Source: a virus. From it: a DNA stretch of 64,000 nt. Below, piece after piece: positions 62,897 to 64,000 of the stretch. Where the stretch lies: positions 64,001 to 128,000 of IMG/VR virus record IMGVR_UViG_3300048672_000512; one strand, given 5' to 3'. A model generated the notes under the pieces. The model worked only from the letters and a program-made list of their open reading frames with translations, searched no databases and was not told where the DNA came from. How positions within the stretch are numbered: the first letter of the stretch is position 1; each line of letters begins with the position of its first letter. Made by a program: the position numbers and the translations under genes.

Positions 62897-64000
62897 TTAT
62901 CTTGCAAGATGTCCAAGGTTTGCGAAGAAGAAACCACCATCCATCCAGGAGAAAGTAGGAATGGACAGAACGCTATTTGCCTGACTGCTACCAGCTGGTT
63001 GTGACTGTGCTGCGGGTTTGCTTTCCGTCTGCGCTGCTGGTGCAGGCACCGCTTTCTGCATACTAGGTGCTTGAGTATTTACAAGCTTCGGTTGCGTTGC
63101 CGGAGTTGAGGACTTGCCAAGACCGGAAGCAACACTACTGTTTGACGGATACAGAGGCGTTCCGTCTGCATTGGTAACGCGACCACTTGCAGTGCGCTGC
63201 GCTTTGCTGTCAATCGGCCTTGTATCTAGTGTGGCGTTGTAGTCAGTGAGGCGTTCAAGAAGACTACGGGTTGCTGACGGGTAGGACTTGCGTACGTTTG
63301 CGTCACGGATTGCGGTCGGAGACGTTCTTACGAATCCACTGTCAGCTAACAGTCCAGACTTCTCCATATCGTTTATAGTTGTTGATGGCATGGTTATTGA
63401 GTAACCGTCATCACTTATGCTATGTACGTCCGGAGTGTTGAAGCCTAGATTCTGTACGTGTGTAAGAAGGTTGGAAAACTTGCTCTTTGTTGTTGGAGCA
63501 AGTTTGTCCAGGTTAACGCCAAGAGCTGTTACTTTTCCGCTTTCAGTAAGCGCTGTAGTTGTTGGCTTAAGATACCTATCAACAGAGTCTAGCGCTTTCT
63601 TACTGAAATAGCTTTCTACGCTATCGTAAACCCAAGTTCCTATTTTGGAAGCCAGCTCAGCAGCCCAGGAAACAAATTGCTTGCCAACTTCAGTGTTTAG
63701 CACTTTCACTACTAAAGTTCCCAGGCCGGCAATTCCAGCAGTAAGCTCTGCTCCGTCTATCAACCCTTTGATAACCGGATTTTCAAGAAGCATATCAAGA
63801 AGAGTTCCGAAAGAGTCTCTTGGCCTTCTTGCGTTCTCTGCAATCACGTGCAAGTCTGCAGTTTGCGACTCACGCATGCGACGGTCTTCAACTTCAGCGA
63901 CAGCGTTTGCAGCCTGCTGCGTTTCAGAAGTCATACCATAGGAGGGTTCTATGCGTTGTTGCATAGCCTTCTTGTTTGAAGGAAGAGAAAGCAGCTGCAC
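62897..64000 (-). CDS. C-terminal part of a large tail/baseplate protein (tape measure or gp29-like), start outside the window
   Basis: Frame open to the window edge; low-complexity C-terminus ending DGGFFFANLGHL; upstream of the spike gene. Confidence 0.45.
   Translation of the reverse strand: MQLLSLPSNKKAMQQRIEPSYGMTSETQQAANAVAEVEDRRMRESQTADLHVIAENARRPRDSFGTLLDMLLENPVIKGLIDGAELTAGIAGLGTLVVKVLNTEVGKQFVSWAAELASKIGTWVYDSVESYFSKKALDSVDRYLKPTTTALTESGKVTALGVNLDKLAPTTKSKFSNLLTHVQNLGFNTPDVHSISDDGYSITMPSTTINDMEKSGLLADSGFVRTSPTAIRDANVRKSYPSATRSLLERLTDYNATLDTRPIDSKAQRTASGRVTNADGTPLYPSNSSVASGLGKSSTPATQPKLVNTQAPSMQKAVPAPAAQTESKPAAQSQPAGSSQANSVLSIPTFSWMDGGFFFANLGHLAR

Noticed and set aside
1-64000. Genome-wide stop-codon reassignment suggested by the TGA at 1261
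   Set aside because: TGA, TAG and TAA all end well-formed genes; long genes are intact in code 11; no suppressor tRNA is present in the window.

Overview
A 64-kb, very densely coding segment of a large lytic myophage (jumbo-phage type). The gene mix resembles phiRSL1/Lu11/PaBG/BcepSaruman-like phages of Proteobacteria; this is recalled, not searched. From 1 to 18.6 kb the genes are on the + strand: recombination/replication/repair genes (RecA/UvsX C-terminus, Mre11/Rad50-type pair, DnaX-like clamp loader, NAD-dependent ligase, DenV-like glycosylase, Cas4-like nuclease, 5'-3' exonuclease), many small accessory genes, and one tRNA(CAU). From 18.8 to 64 kb the genes are on the - strand: tail fibres, prohead protease, intein-containing portal, intein-containing large terminase, DnaB, UvsW, UvsY-like, beta-clamp-like, topoisomerase IB and a T4-like baseplate module. 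The main hypothesis is a virion-packaged enzyme payload interleaved with the head-assembly genes (two ADP-ribosyltransferase-like proteins, five GNAT-like proteins, a kinase/pseudokinase pair). Many of these share a [VIL]-x-A motif at the point where paralogue homology begins, a candidate prohead-protease cleavage or encapsidation tag. Other highlights are a secreted LapG-like protease lacking the Ca-binding acids, a Tad2/DUF2829-like small protein, a candidate structured RNA upstream of the tRNA, and a baseplate protein fused to a tail cassette with a perfect 87-bp tandem repeat. All family calls come from motif recognition by eye; no database search was run.
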